Counted from the first letter of the whole stretch, positions 12,380 to 24,429 are shown. The stretch: 63,925 nucleotides of DNA, filler included, from Octopus bimaculoides (GCF_001194135.2; 6 parts of 4 records of this genome joined end to end with filler, not necessarily neighbours in it); one strand, 5' to 3'. The notes: generated by a model not told the origin, from the sequence alone. Numbers and translations: made by a program.

Positions 12380-12900
12380 AATATCTGGAGATATGCTGTG
12401 ACTGCGAAGACCTGGCAAATAAACTGAGTTCACAGTTGTATCCTATACCAGTGCCCCATAACCAGCTCCAGCCCATTCAAAAGTACCTTGGATTGTAGGG
12501 CAACCTGCTGTGCTTGAGGAGACCTATTGAGTCAAGTACATCAACATCAAAATGAAAATCAAATGGAAATTGCAGTTGTGATACTTGTGCTGGTGGCACG
12601 TACAAAGCACCATCCAAACGTGGCCGATGCCAGTGCCACCTTGAGTGACTTCCATGCCAGTGGCATGTAAAAAGCACCAACCGATCATGGCTGTTGCCAG
12701 CCTCCTCTGGTCCCTGTGCTGGTGGCATGTAAAAAGCACCCACTATACTCACAGAGTGGTTGGCATTAGGAAGAGCATCCAGCTGTAGAAACACTGCCAG
12801 ATCAAACTGGAGCCTGATGCAGCCTCCTGGTTTCCTAGACCCTGACTGAACCGTCCAACCCATGCTATCATGGAAAATGGACATTAAACGATGATGATGA
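12380..12900 (+). mobile_element. RTE LINE 3' end with complete 3' UTR and (GAT)n tail
   Basis: Starts with the ORF end (IWRYAVTAKTWQ*), continues through TGGCACGTAAAAGCACC modules to GTTAAACGATGATGATGA-like tail. Confidence 0.75.
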
Positions 12901-13741
12901 TATAAGTACATATACAAATATATGCATTTGTAGAAATACATGCACATGAGCATACAAATATACATGTATATATACATATACATGCGTACAGACATATATA
13001 TACATATGTACATGTGTATTTGTATATACATGCACACACACACACATGTATGTGTGCATGTGTGCTTTTGTAAACTGGTATGAAAGCTGTGTCAGAAAAA
13101 CTTATGTGAGCCACTGAAATGAAACTAATAGCTATTGGTCAATAATCTAACGGAATGAAGCATTATAAACACTCAACAAACAAGCCATCTATTTCTATTT
13201 GTCTGTTGTATATGTTAAAAGCTGTATATTATAGCCACACACTTAATTAGACGATGTATTTACTAATTTTACAAGCTTTGAAAGGTGTGTTGTGAAATTT
13301 CAAAGCGTTGTAAACAGTGATAAACTAATACGATGTCATTAGTAAGACTATCAACATATTATTTGTTACTGTCGATGGTGGTGGTGGTGGTGGNNNNNNN
13401 NNNNNNNNNNNNNNNNNNNNNNNNNNNNNNNNNNNNNNNNNNNNNNNNNNNNNNNNNNNNNNNNNNNNNATGGTCATGTTATTATTTTTTTTGGCCTATC
13501 AAAGCATTCAGAATGATTATGTCAAACCATTGAGATTTTCTTTTGTATTCAATGTATATGTGTGTATGTGTGTGCATGTACATGCATATGTGTGCTGTGT
13601 AACTCTCTGTCTGTCTGTCTGTCTGTCTGTCTGTATGTATGTATGTATGTAAGTATTTCTGTCTTTCTCTCTCTTTCTGTGCATTTGTGTGTGTGTATGT
13701 ATATATATATATGTATNNNNNNNNNNNNNNNNNNNNNNNNN

Positions 13742-13773
<32 letters not shown>

Positions 13774-14600
13774 TGTATGTATGTATGTACATGTATATGT
13801 ATGTATATGTATGTATGTATATATTTGTGTGTCCGTGTTTGGCAACTAGTATTGGTGTGTTTACATCTCTGTAACTTAGTGGTTCTGTAAAAGATAATGA
13901 TAGAATAAGTACAAGGCCTACAAAAAATAAGTCCTGATGTCAATTTCTTCGAATAAAGGCAATGCTCCAGCATAGCCACACTCAAATGACTGAAACAAGT
14001 AAAAGAATATATATATATATTGTAGTCTAAGTTGCCATGAGGCAAAAAGAGGAAGGCACTTGTATTTTTGCCAATAGAGTGGGTATATCAAGACTTACAC
14101 AGCACATGCAATGGGACTGAACCTGGGACCATGTGGGTGAGAAGCAAGCTTCTTACCACACAGCCACGCCTGCATCTAGCTATGTAGTGTAGAAAGATAG
14201 CAATCACAATTTTATTTCAAAGAATTTTATTTGCATTTTTCCCATGATTCTAAATTTTTTCAAATTAGCTTCATAGTTTTACATGATTGAATATTCTACA
14301 GAGGCTGAGAGAATTCCTTCCCTTTCTTTTTTTTTTTTTCTGTAGATTTATGTATTGGCACTAAAAGTTAATTCATAAGAATAAGATGAAAGAGCCAAGT
14401 GGGATGAAGAAAGAGAACTATAAGAATCTTGCATTGTTGAAACCTTGGCAAAACAATACAGACTAATTAATTTTTTTATTTTATTTTATTTTAATTAATG
14501 AATTTGTTGAAAAATCTCCAGAGAATTTGGTGGAAATAAATTAATGGTGTTGGCAATTTTAAATAACGATTGTAATGGTTGTTGTTGATTAACTACTAAC

Positions 14601-14677
14601 TCTTTTCTCTCTGAATACTGATGCTGAACAAGTGCTGGCTGGCCCGAGAAAGGGACATATTGTCATGAACAGTTATT
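14601..14677 (-). CDS. Candidate internal coding exon (77 nt), xITVHDNMSLLGPASTCSASVFREKR
   Basis: Acceptor TTGTTTTTTTTTTTTTGCAG, donor AGA|GTTAGT, single open frame, unique sequence. Confidence 0.45.
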
Positions 14678-14825
14678 ACTGCAAAAAAAAAAAACAACCA
14701 AAAAACATGATGCTTTTTGACAAAGCATTAAAAGTGCTACAGTACAGTTTCTGGAGTAATGCCCAGGAGATTTCTCGAGAGTAAAATGAAGAATAAACAA
14801 AACATTTCGGAGCAGTTAATGGTGG

Positions 14826-15035
14826 TCTTGAAGCAATTTCATCATCATCATCAACATCATCTAGTTGAGCTTGCTTGGGAAATTTTAATCAACGCATGTC
14901 ATCCATCTCGGTCCAGCATTGATTGAGGAACATCTTTGAAGGTGCATCCAGTGTCTCTGGACAACCTGTTTGTGTATGGCCATGCTTTGGCATTCATAGT
15001 GGTAGATTACTTGCCAGATCTTCTTCAGCAATGTC
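14826..15035 (-). mobile_element. RTE-clade LINE 3' end (second family)
   Basis: EEDLASNLPL..PYTNRLSRDTGCTFKDVPQSMLDRDG followed by a (GAT)n tail. Confidence 0.65.
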
Positions 15036-15167
15036 TTGCAATTTAGTAGAAAATAAAAGATACTAAAAAGAGGAGACAAAGTTTTATAATTTCGGACAGA
15101 GATAATCATTATTTACATTATTTACATTTGACGGATATTTGTCCTCATCTTGTTTTCCATGTTGTTA

Positions 15168-15217
<50 letters not shown>

Positions 15218-15221
15218 GTTC

Positions 15222-15557
15222 AGTAGTTTTATTTTTATAACGGGCTTTCACTTCACTACCGAGCGCAGCTCTGTGCGCCTTGGGTATGTGCTGTGGTTTG
15301 CTGTGGTGCTCTTATGTTTACTGTATTGAAAGTGTTTTGCGTAGAATGTGTGCAGTACCCAGTAGTCCAATTTTCTGTATGTTATATATATTTGTAAGTC
15401 CTGCTATTTTTGTTATGTATTTGTCTGAATATTTTTTTATTATACCTAAGGCACCTACTATGATAGGAATTGTTTCTGTTTTTAGATTCCACATTCGAGT
15501 TATCTCTATTTCCAGGTCTTTGTATTTTGAAAGTTTATCCATTTCTTTTAGAGAAAC

Positions 15558-15558
<1 letters not shown>
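15222..15558 (-). mobile_element. R4/Dong-like non-LTR element, C-terminal restriction-like endonuclease fragment
   Basis: KLSKYKDLEIEITRMWNLKTETIPIIVGALGIIKK..LLGTAHILRKTLS*; flanked by (TAA)n on both sides. Confidence 0.8.
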
Positions 15559-15589
<31 letters not shown>

Positions 15590-15591
<2 letters not shown>

Positions 15592-16147
15592 GAGTGAGAG
15601 AGCAGTGCATGCCATCAAAGTGACACTGGGGTAAAATATACGAAGCCCAGTATACCCATCATTACAACCCGTCTGATAAGGGTACACCAGGCACATGCAT
15701 CACAGCCATATAAGTGTGACATGGTGATCTCATATCAAGATAAACAGCGCATGACCTCGCATGTAGGGCCCAGTTAGAATTTTCTTCAGGTTGAGTAGCC
15801 CATCCCGCTCAAAAGGTCCTTGAATAAGGTTTGTTTAAGGATGTTGAGCAAAACACCCATGTTTCCAGAGGTGAATTATTCAAACTCCAAAGAATTCCTC
15901 TCAACACATGGCTATGATGCTCCCCCACTACTTCTGCTCATGATCAGAGATGCACTATTGTCAGCCACCAAGGGACATGCTCAACTGGTTAAGGTTAAAC
16001 AACTGACAAGCAAATCTGTGATATTAAGCAGAATATTCGCTGTAGCCCATCTTTTATTCCAAGACAAAACAACGTACATGATAACACTTCCAATAAATTA
16101 AGATCAGAAGCCATGAGAGACACTGCCTGGTACTGCATCCGGGTATT
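15590..16147. repeat. Unclassified ~560-bp repeat-like insert between (ATT)n tracts
   Basis: Higher-GC non-coding block bounded by ATT repeats; only one copy here, family status recalled rather than shown. Confidence 0.35.
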
Positions 16148-16176
16148 TATCATTATTATTATTATTCAGTAGTCTT

Positions 16177-16405
16177 ATTTTTATAACGTGCTTTCACTTC
16201 ACTACCGAGTACAGTTCTGTGTGCCTTGGGTATGTGCTGTGGTGCTGTGATGCTCTTATGGTTACTGTATTGAAAGTGTTTTGCGTAGGATGTGTGCTGT
16301 GCCCAGTAGTGCAATTTTCTGTATGTTATATATATTTGTTAGTCCTGGTGTTTTTGTTATGTATTTGTCTGAATATCTTTTTATTATACCTAAGGTGCCT
16401 ACTAT
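16177..16405 (-). mobile_element. R4/Dong-like 3' end, second copy
   Basis: Direct homolog of 15222-15470. Confidence 0.8.
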
Positions 16406-16419
16406 AATAGAGATGAGGA

Positions 16420-16825
16420 ATTGTGTACATTATTTACGTTATTTACATTTGATGGATATTTGTCCTCATCTTGTTTGTTGTTAACACGTTTCAGCTGATC
16501 CACCCTGCAGTTTTCATCAGGTGTCTTGGGGAAATTTCAAACCTGGATTCTCATTCCTAAGGTATTTTTTGATGTTATTATTATTATTATTATTTTATGT
16601 TTGACTTTTGCTTTGCATTCGTATGAGTTGGCTCCAAGTCTCACCCAGAAACCTTGAGAGGCAACAAGTTAGAAGTTCATACACTATGCCATATGAGAAC
16701 CCAGGTTCGTAATTTCCACCAAGACACCTCATGAAGGCTGGAGGGTATATCAGCCGAAACATTGTGTTAACAACAAACAAGATGAGGACAAATATCCATC
16801 AAATGTAAATAATGTAAATAATGTT
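16420..16825. mobile_element. Inverted pair of PLE terminal repeats, each with a degenerate hammerhead
   Basis: ATTTACATTTGATGGATATTTGTCCTCATC.. at 16441 and its reverse complement ending ~16815; HHR-like cores at 16482-16525 (-) and 16723-16768 (+). Confidence 0.7.
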
Positions 16826-16848
16826 GTGTATTCTTTGTTTTTACATAG

Positions 16849-17009
16849 AAGGAACATCAAACTGAAGAACTACCACTGGATGTTAAACTTCTAGCTACAA
16901 TACAAGCTTCAATGTCATTTAAATTCCTTTTTTATTCTTCACAAAATCAACAAACCAAGAGATTCAAATATTTCAAACTGAGAAGAGGCCCTGTATTTCA
17001 GCAAATTAT
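16849..17009 (+). CDS. Candidate exon, KEHQTEELPLDVKLLATIQASMSFKFLFYSSQNQQTKRFKYFKLRRGPVFQQI
   Basis: Strong acceptor TATTCTTTGTTTTTACATAG, 54 open codons in AT-rich DNA, only a moderate donor (AT|GTAACT). Confidence 0.3.
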
Positions 17010-18510
17010 GTAACTAAATAATTACATTGATCATGATGCTTTATCGACTTTACAAATTAGTGGAAAATAAACTTGTTCAATAATCAAAATTAACTTAATG
17101 CATCTTCAGCTATTCATTTAATCATAGCATGTGATACTCTGTAACAAGAACAAAGTTAGCTTCTAAATGAACAACTTATTGCTAGTTCCTGAGATTCTTC
17201 CAACGATTTTAAGAATGTCAAATCTCCAGGGATACTAACAATTGGTCATTGTTAAATGAAAATCTAAAGCCAATGATGAGAATGAAATAATTCATAGAAC
17301 TTTCAAATGCAATACAAGTGACAAATAATAAGCATTACTTTGTGAAAGAGATTTAATATATTGCTAGTATCTTTGTTTGAGTTTACAATACTCTTTCCAT
17401 GCAGGAGTGCTAATAACAATTCCCCAGTCTCTGCTATAAGATGTTGGGTGATTAATGATGTTTGATAGTGAAACCCGCAATCTAATATATCTCTATTAAT
17501 GAATATAAATTGTTCTGTGAATGAAAACCTAAATTGCTTTGAAGTGAGACATACTAAACTGAGAAATTCAAAGTCCTATAAATATGGACGAAGAAGAGAT
17601 GGGGTGCAAGATAAGTGTGGGGGCTGATGTAAAGGTGAAAGAGTAAGAAGAAGATGAAAAGAGAAGGTAGTGGAGGTGGTTGTGGGGAAGGGTGTGGGGA
17701 AGGGTGTGGGGTAGTCATTGATATATAATATATTACTATTTGTGGATGGTTTCACACATACTTATATTTGATTAAAACAATATTGAGCTGGTAAGTGTCA
17801 ATGTGGAGTCATAAAGTGTGAGCTAACCGCAAGTGAATTCATTAAGGCCCACTAATACATATACATACATATATGTGTGTGTGTGTGTGTATGTATATAC
17901 ATGTGTATATATATTTATGTATAAATACATATACATACAGATATATATATATATATNNNNNNNNNNNNNNNNNNNNNNNNNNNNNNNNNNNNNNNNNNNN
18001 NNNNNNNNNNNNNNNNNNNNNNNNNNNNNNNNNNNNNNNNNNNNNNNNNNNNNNNNNNNNNNNNNNNNNNNNNNNNNNNNNNNNNNNNNNNNNNNNNNNN
18101 NNNNNNNNNNNNNNNNNNNNNNNNNNNNNNNNNNNNNNNNNNNNNNNNNNNNNNNNNNNNNNNNNNNNNNNNNNNNNNNNNNNNNNNNNNNNNNNNNNNN
18201 NNNNNNNNNNNNNNNNNNNNNNNNNNNNNNNNNNNNNNNNNNNNNNNNNNNNNNNNNNNNNNNNNNNNNNNNNNNNNNNNNNNNNNNNNNNNNNNNNNNN
18301 NNNNNNNNNNNNNNNNNNNNNNNNNNNNNNNNNNNNNNNNNNNNNNNNNNNNNNNNNNNNNNNNNNNNNNNNNNNNNNNNNNNNNNNNNNNNNNNNNNNN
18401 NNNNNNNNNNNNNNNNNNNNNNNNNNNNNNNNNNNNNNNNNNNNNNNNNNNNNNNNNNNNNNNNNNNNNNNNNNNNNNNATATATATATATATATATATA
18501 CATACATATA

Positions 18511-18676
18511 TACGACGGGCTTCTTTCAGTTTCCGTCTACCAAATCCACTCACAAGGCTTTGGTCAGCCCAAGGCTAGAGTAGAAGACGCATGCCCAAGG
18601 TATCACGCAGTGGGACTGAACCCGGAACCATGTGGCTGGTAAGCAAGCTACCTACCACACAGCCACTCCTGCGCCT
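18511..18676 (-). mobile_element. tRNA-headed SINE, 5' half, well preserved
   Basis: AGGCGCAGGAGTGGCTGTGTGGTAGGTAGC..GGTTCCGGGTTCAGTCCCACTGCG..GACGGAAACTGAAAGAAGCCCGTCGTA. Confidence 0.85.
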
Positions 18677-18710
18677 ATATATATGTGTATATATATAAAA
18701 TAACGATTTT

Positions 18711-19039
18711 TGTTTGCCAACCTGGTGTAGCAGTCCCATTTTGTGGTGAATGCTACTGTTGTTTAGCCTCAGGGGACATATTCTCAAGCTGGCTATATGA
18801 CACACGATCTGTGTCCTTATATTTTCAATCAGGGGAGTTTAGCACCCCCACCTAGCACAAAGCAGTATCTGTGGACCATATGGTTTCGTGGTTATGGGTT
18901 TATTTTCGTTATATCTCAATGGGGGTGCTAACCTCCCCTGATTGAAAATATAAGGACACAGATCGTGTGTCATATAGCCAGCTGGAGACGTTGTCTCCTG
19001 GGGCTAAAGAAGAGTATCATTCACCCCAAAATGGGACCG
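18711..19039. mobile_element. Foldback element with 120-bp inverted arms
   Basis: Arms 18731-18850 / 18920-19039; inner 64 bp has one mismatch. Relatives at 10785-10982 and 24227-24470. Confidence 0.8.
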
Positions 19040-19061
19040 CCACAATATATATATATATATC

Positions 19062-19250
19062 AAAGCACCCACTACACTCTCGGAGTGGTCGGCGTTAGGA
19101 AGGGCATCCAGCTGTAGAAACTTTGCCAGATCAGATTGGAGCCTGGTGCAGCCTTCTGGCTCACCAGCCTTCATTCAAACCATCCAACCCATGCTAGCAT
19201 GGAAAGCGAACGTTAAACGACGATGATAATGATGATAATGATGATGATAT
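19062..19250 (+). mobile_element. RTE 3'-UTR-type repeat
   Basis: AAGCACCCACTACACTCTCGGAGTGG..GTTAAACGACGATGATAATG. Confidence 0.85.
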
Positions 19251-19268
19251 ATGCCCCGAGTTCTTAAC

Positions 19269-19358
19269 TTCCTGGTAGAAATATTGTGTCATTGGCATCA
19301 CATGCAGTGTAAGACCTGGTGATGTCTAGCCCTCTCCAGGTGTGACCATTGTCAATTT
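19269..19358 (-). CDS. Candidate internal exon (90 nt), xIDNGHTWRGLDITRSYTACDANDTIFLPG
   Basis: Acceptor (CT)n-CTTCTGAAG, weak donor GAA|GTTAAG; phase 1 to 1, compatible with the 14601-14677 candidate. Confidence 0.3.
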
Positions 19359-19529
19359 CTTTCAGAAGAGAGAGAGAGAGAGAAAGAGACAGACAGAAAG
19401 ATAGAATGCCAAAGAGAACTGACATTAGCACAAAAGATGATAGTTTATTCATCAAACCCGAAAATAAGTAAGGTGAATTTGACAGTATTGTGATTTGACC
19501 TCAGTGTGCATGTGTGTGTGTTTGTGTGG

Positions 19530-19570
<41 letters not shown>

Positions 19571-21419
19571 NNNNNNNNNNNNNNNNNNNNNNNNNNNNNN
19601 NNNNNNNNNNNNNNNNNNNNNNNNNNNNNNNNNNNNNNNNNNNNNNNNNNNNNNNNNNNNNNNNNNNNNNNNNNNNNNNNNNNNNNNNNNNNNNNNNNNN
19701 NNNNNNNNNNNNNNNNNNNNNNNNNNNNNNNNNNNNNNNNNNNNNNNNNNNNNNNNNNNNNNNNNNNNNNNNNNNNNNNNNNNNNNNNNNNNNNNNNNNN
19801 NNNNNNNNNNNNNNNNNNNNNNNNNNNNNNNNNNNNNNNNNNNNNNNNNNNNNNNNNNNNNNNNNNNNNNNNNNNNNNNNNNNNNNNNNNNNNNNNNNNN
19901 NNNNNNNNNNNNNNNNNNNNNNNNNNNNNNNNNNNNNNNNNNNNNNNNNNNNNNNNNNNNNNNNNNNNNNNNNNNNNNNNNNNNNNNNNNNNNNNNNNNN
20001 NNNNNNNNNNNNNNNNNNNNNNNNNNNNNNNNNNNNNNNNNNNNNNNNNNNNNNNNNNNNNNNNNNNNNNNNNNNNNNNNNNNNNNNNNNNNNNNNNNNN
20101 NNNNNNNNNNNNNNNNNNNNNNNNNNNNNNNNNNNNNNNNNNNNNNNNNNNNNNNNNNNNNNNNNNNNNNNNNNNNNNNNNNNNNNNNNNNNNNNNNNNN
20201 NNNNNNNNNNNNNNNNNNNNNNNNNNNNNNNNNNNNNNNNNNNNNNNNNNNNNNNNNNNNNNNNNNNNNNNNNNNNNNNNNNNNNNNNNNNNNNNNNNNN
20301 NNNNNNNNNNNNNNNNNNNNNNNNNNNNNNNNNNNNNNNNNNNNNNNNNNNNNNNNNNNNNNNNNNNNNNNNNNNNNNNNNNNNNNNNNNNNNNNNNNNA
20401 TATATATAAAACATTGATTTGAAATAGATTGACATGACCCTGAAGAATAATGTGACAAAATATGCTTGTGCTTTCAGTCATTATGTGAGATCTTCAAACA
20501 GTAAAACTGGTTTTGGTAATGATTATCAGCATTTGTATCTGGTTTAGTTTTGGACTGAAAAAAATTTTATAACACGTTATTTTGCTTTGCTTAAATGTTT
20601 ACCATATTCCTTTATCCCAGAAAAGGGAATATTATAAAACTCAGTTTCCTCAACGTTTGCTAAATGATAATGTATCTTTGACTTGTTGTTTATGTATCCT
20701 AACTCTGTTCATTAATTTTGTTTCTTTCTCTCAATTTTATTTCTGTTTCACCAATATAATTCTTACAACATGCTGGATATTTTATGTAGTAAATTAAACA
20801 ATTTGATTTGCAATTCATATTTCCTTTAACTTTTAAATCTTTCCATTCTTGAATTTCCAATGTTACTGTTCAACAAATTAATATCCAGCTATGAGAGTCT
20901 TCAGTTTTTAATACATTTATAATTTCTTTTGAGGTAAATGTGACCTTTATTTTTTATGTGTGATATAGCAATGGAAATTATCATTTAGTGGGATTCAAGA
21001 CAGTGATTTCTTGGAATTGTGAGTACCTATAAATGGAATAATTTCATTTGTATTCCATTAGTAATGTCATTTTGTAAATAAAGAATGAGTATTTATTTTT
21101 CCTTGATTATAAAGAATTATTTATCAAGCTGTCCAAATATTTTGTTATTCAAAGAATACTAAAAATTATTCCAGGAGTTACTGACCTCTAGTGGAATTTA
21201 CCAATATTGAACATACACATCTTACCATAATTTGGCAAGATAGTTCTTTGAGAATCCAATGATGGCAAGATCAAATATCAAATATTATGCTCGAGCATAT
21301 AAGCATATCTTTACAGTAGAGATCAGCTATAATTATTTCATTGATTAACAGAATATCCATCAATGTTTGTTCTCATTCTTTCATTTCTATTAGAAATTTG
21401 ATTGATTCATAAATATTGT

Positions 21420-21623
21420 TATTCTTTTATTTGTTTCAGTCATTTGACTGCTGCCATGCTGGAGCACCACCTTTTAGTCGAACAAATCGACCCCAGAGCT
21501 TATTCTTTGTAAGTCTAGTACGTATTCTATCCGTCTCTTTTGCCGAACCACTAAGTTACAGGGACGTAAACACACCATCAGTTGTCAAGCGATGTTTGAG
21601 GGACAAACACAAACACAAACACA

Positions 21624-21664
<41 letters not shown>

Positions 21665-21815
21665 ATATATATATATACAATGGGCTTCTTTCCGTTTCTA
21701 TCTACCAAATCCACTCACAAGGCTTTGGCTGGCCCAAGGCTATAGTAGAAGACACTTGCCCAAGGTGCCATGCAGTGGGACTGAACCTGGGACTATGTGG
21801 TTGGTAAGCAGGCTA
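21420..21815 (-). mobile_element. tRNA-headed SINE with internal microsatellite (near full length)
   Basis: Same head / (TA)(TG)n / tail composite as 10185-10540. Confidence 0.8.
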
Positions 21816-22481
21816 AGAAATTTGTAATTGCTTTATTATTACCCTGAAAAAAATAAGCAAAAATATAAGTCATTAAGTTATTTTTTCTCTTAAAGAATAC
21901 TTAAAACTTGCATCAACCATTATCTCAGGGAGTTTATAAATTGTTTCTTTTATAAATTCCATCACACTTGCAAAAGTAGGGGTAAATCATGTGCCCATTG
22001 CTGTTCCTTTGGCACATTTAAATCCGTCATCACATTACTGTTATTACTAAGGCAGTGAGCTTGCAGGATTTTATGTAGTTTGGACAAAATGTTTAGTGGC
22101 ATTTCATCTGGCTCTTTATCTTTGGAGTTCAAATCCCATCAAGGTCAATTTTGTCTTTCATATTTTCAGGTCAATAAAATAAAGTACCAATGAAATATTG
22201 GCATTGATGTAATTGACAAATCCCCTCTTCTAAAAACAATTACTAGCTTTGTGCCAAAATTAGAAAGAATTTTCATCCTCACTCTGCAGCACAAGGGAAA
22301 CTGAAGCCTAATCAGCAGCAAAAAAAATTATAGTTACTAATTACTTTTTATCTGGTAGTAATGCATTTTATTTTTCACCTGCAAACTTCAAAACTAGTTC
22401 ATTTGCATTGGAAATGTATGTGACACAAAAAGTATCTACTTTTCCTGTTGTTAGCCAGTCTTCACTTTTCAATTCATGCAG

Positions 22482-22599
22482 GAACATATGTTGGTTATTT
22501 CCAATTTAATACTGGTCCTGGCATAAACAGTTTTACATCTTACTGGAAGAAGTGTTTAAGCTTTGTATGTGTATCTCTGTGTAGGTATACAGTCACAAG
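22482..22599 (+). CDS. Candidate exon, xTYVGYFQFNTGPGINSFTSYWKKCLSFVCVSLCRYTVTR
   Basis: Acceptor TCTTCACTTTTCAATTCATGCAG, donor AAG|GTGAGA, open frame, phase-compatible with 26242-26400. Confidence 0.35.
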
Positions 22600-22761
22600 G
22601 TGAGAGCTAGAGATGCTCAAAATAGAAAACACATATTAGTTCTTAAACGATGTGAACATAAAATCTGAAGTCTATATATTGAGAACAAGGTTCATTGGGT
22701 AAAGATTGGCTGGAAGAGATAGCGATGCAGATAAACATGATTAGTCTTGGTATATAAATAT

Positions 22762-22922
22762 AGGCGTAGGAGTGGCTGTGTGGTAAGTAGCTTGCTTACG
22801 AACCACATGGTTCTGGGTTCAGACTCACTGTGTGGCACCTTGGTCAAGTGTCTACTACTATAGCCTAGGGCTGACCAACGCCTTGTGAGTGGACTTGGTA
22901 TATGGAAACTGAAAAAAGCTAT

Positions 22923-22925
<3 letters not shown>
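22762..22925 (+). mobile_element. tRNA-headed SINE 5' half
   Basis: AGGCGTAGGAGTGGCTGTGTGGTAAGTAGC..GGAAACTGAAA, running into (TA)n(TG)n. Confidence 0.85.
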
Positions 22926-22971
<46 letters not shown>

Positions 22972-23159
22972 ATGTGTATATATATATATANNNNNNNNNN
23001 NNNNNNNNNNNNNNNNNNNNNNNNNNNNNNNNNNNNNNNNNNNNNNNNNNNNNNNNNNNNNNNNNNNNNNNNNNNNNNNNNNNNNNNNNNNNNNNNNNNN
23101 NNNNNNNNNNNATATATACATATATGTATGTATGTATGTATATATATATATATGCATAT

Positions 23160-23445
23160 ATATGACTGACTCCTGTGCAGGTGGCACGTAAAATACACCA
23201 TTTTGAGCATAGCCGTTGCCATTTCCGCCTGACTGGCCTTCGTGCCGGTGGTATGTAAAAGCACCCACTAAATTCTCAGAGTGGTTGGCTTTAGGAAGGG
23301 CATCCAGCTGTAGAAACATTGCCAAATCAGATTGGAGCCTGGTGTAGCCATCTGGTTCACCGGTCCTCAGTCAAATCGTCCAACCCATGCTAGCATGGAA
23401 AGCGGACGTTAAACAACGATGACGATGATGATGATGATGATGATA
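23160..23445 (+). mobile_element. RTE 3'-UTR-type repeat
   Basis: GGTGGCACGTAAAATACACC..AGGAAGGGCATCCAGCTGTAGAAAC..(GAT)n. Confidence 0.85.
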
Positions 23446-24174
23446 TATATATATATACATATATACTTCCTTAATTATCACCTACTTTAGTTAAAACTAA
23501 ATTAATTAAATATGTATGTATGTTTGTATATGTTTGTGTCTCTGTATTTGCCACCCACTCACTCACCCACTGTCACTTTACAACCGATGTTGGTGGGTTT
23601 ATGTTCCCATAACACAGTAAGTAGTTCAGCAAAGGAGACCAAGAGAATAAGTACTAGGCTTCCAAAGAAAAGTCCACAGGTCGATTTGTTCGACTAAATG
23701 CAGTGCTCCAGCATGGGTACCATCAAATGACTGAAACAAGTAAAAGAATAAAAGAATATATGCATATATAAACACATATATATGTGTGTGCATACACACA
23801 CATATATATTCATAGTGTTAATTGGAAATATAAATAACTAAATGCAGTGAGAGGATAAATACATATTGTATGTACAAGTATATGTATATTTATATATATT
23901 AACTGCTTCAGTCATTTGACTGTGGCCATGCTGGAGCACTTATATATGACGGGCTTCTTTCCGTTTCTGTCAACCAAATCTACTCTCAAAGCGTTGGTCA
24001 GCCTGAGGCTATAGTGGAAGACACATGCCCTTGGTGCCACACTGCGGAACTAAACCTAGAATCACATGGTTGGGAAGCAAGCTTCTTACCACACAGCCAT
24101 GTCTGTGCCATATAAATATAAATTTAAATTTATTTCTCTCTCTCTCTCTCTCTCCCCCTCTCTCTATCTATCTA

Positions 24175-24220
<46 letters not shown>

Positions 24221-24386
24221 AAGCAGTTGTTTACTGTCAACTTAATATGACAGACCCGTTAAAGGAATCATACTGCTGCTATTTAGCCCTAGGAAGCTGG
24301 GCCGCTTTCTGTTGGCTTTGACACATTTCCTGTGTCCCTATATTTATGAAGGGGAGACAAGCTTCTCCACCCAGCTTTAGTCTGCA

Positions 24387-24429
24387 TTCAGGGACATGTT
24401 TCTGAGTCATTGCTCGTCATCAGCCTGAA
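24387..24429 (-). ncRNA. Minimal type-I hammerhead ribozyme motif
   Basis: UUCAGG-CUGAUGA-CGAGCAAUGACUCA-GAAAC-AU-GUC-CCUGAA: 6-bp stem I, intact core, palindromic ACAUGU stem III, C.A mismatch at the base of stem II. Confidence 0.65.

Noticed and set aside
21227-21330. Minus-strand ATG|GTAAGA donor as a coding exon
   Set aside because: All three frames close within ~60 nt upstream with no acceptor; at most a UTR exon.
20969-22484. Spliced TGA (T|GA) as a selenocysteine codon
   Set aside because: Depends on one arbitrary frame choice between two unverified exons; another frame of 20969-21018 is open and no SECIS was identified.
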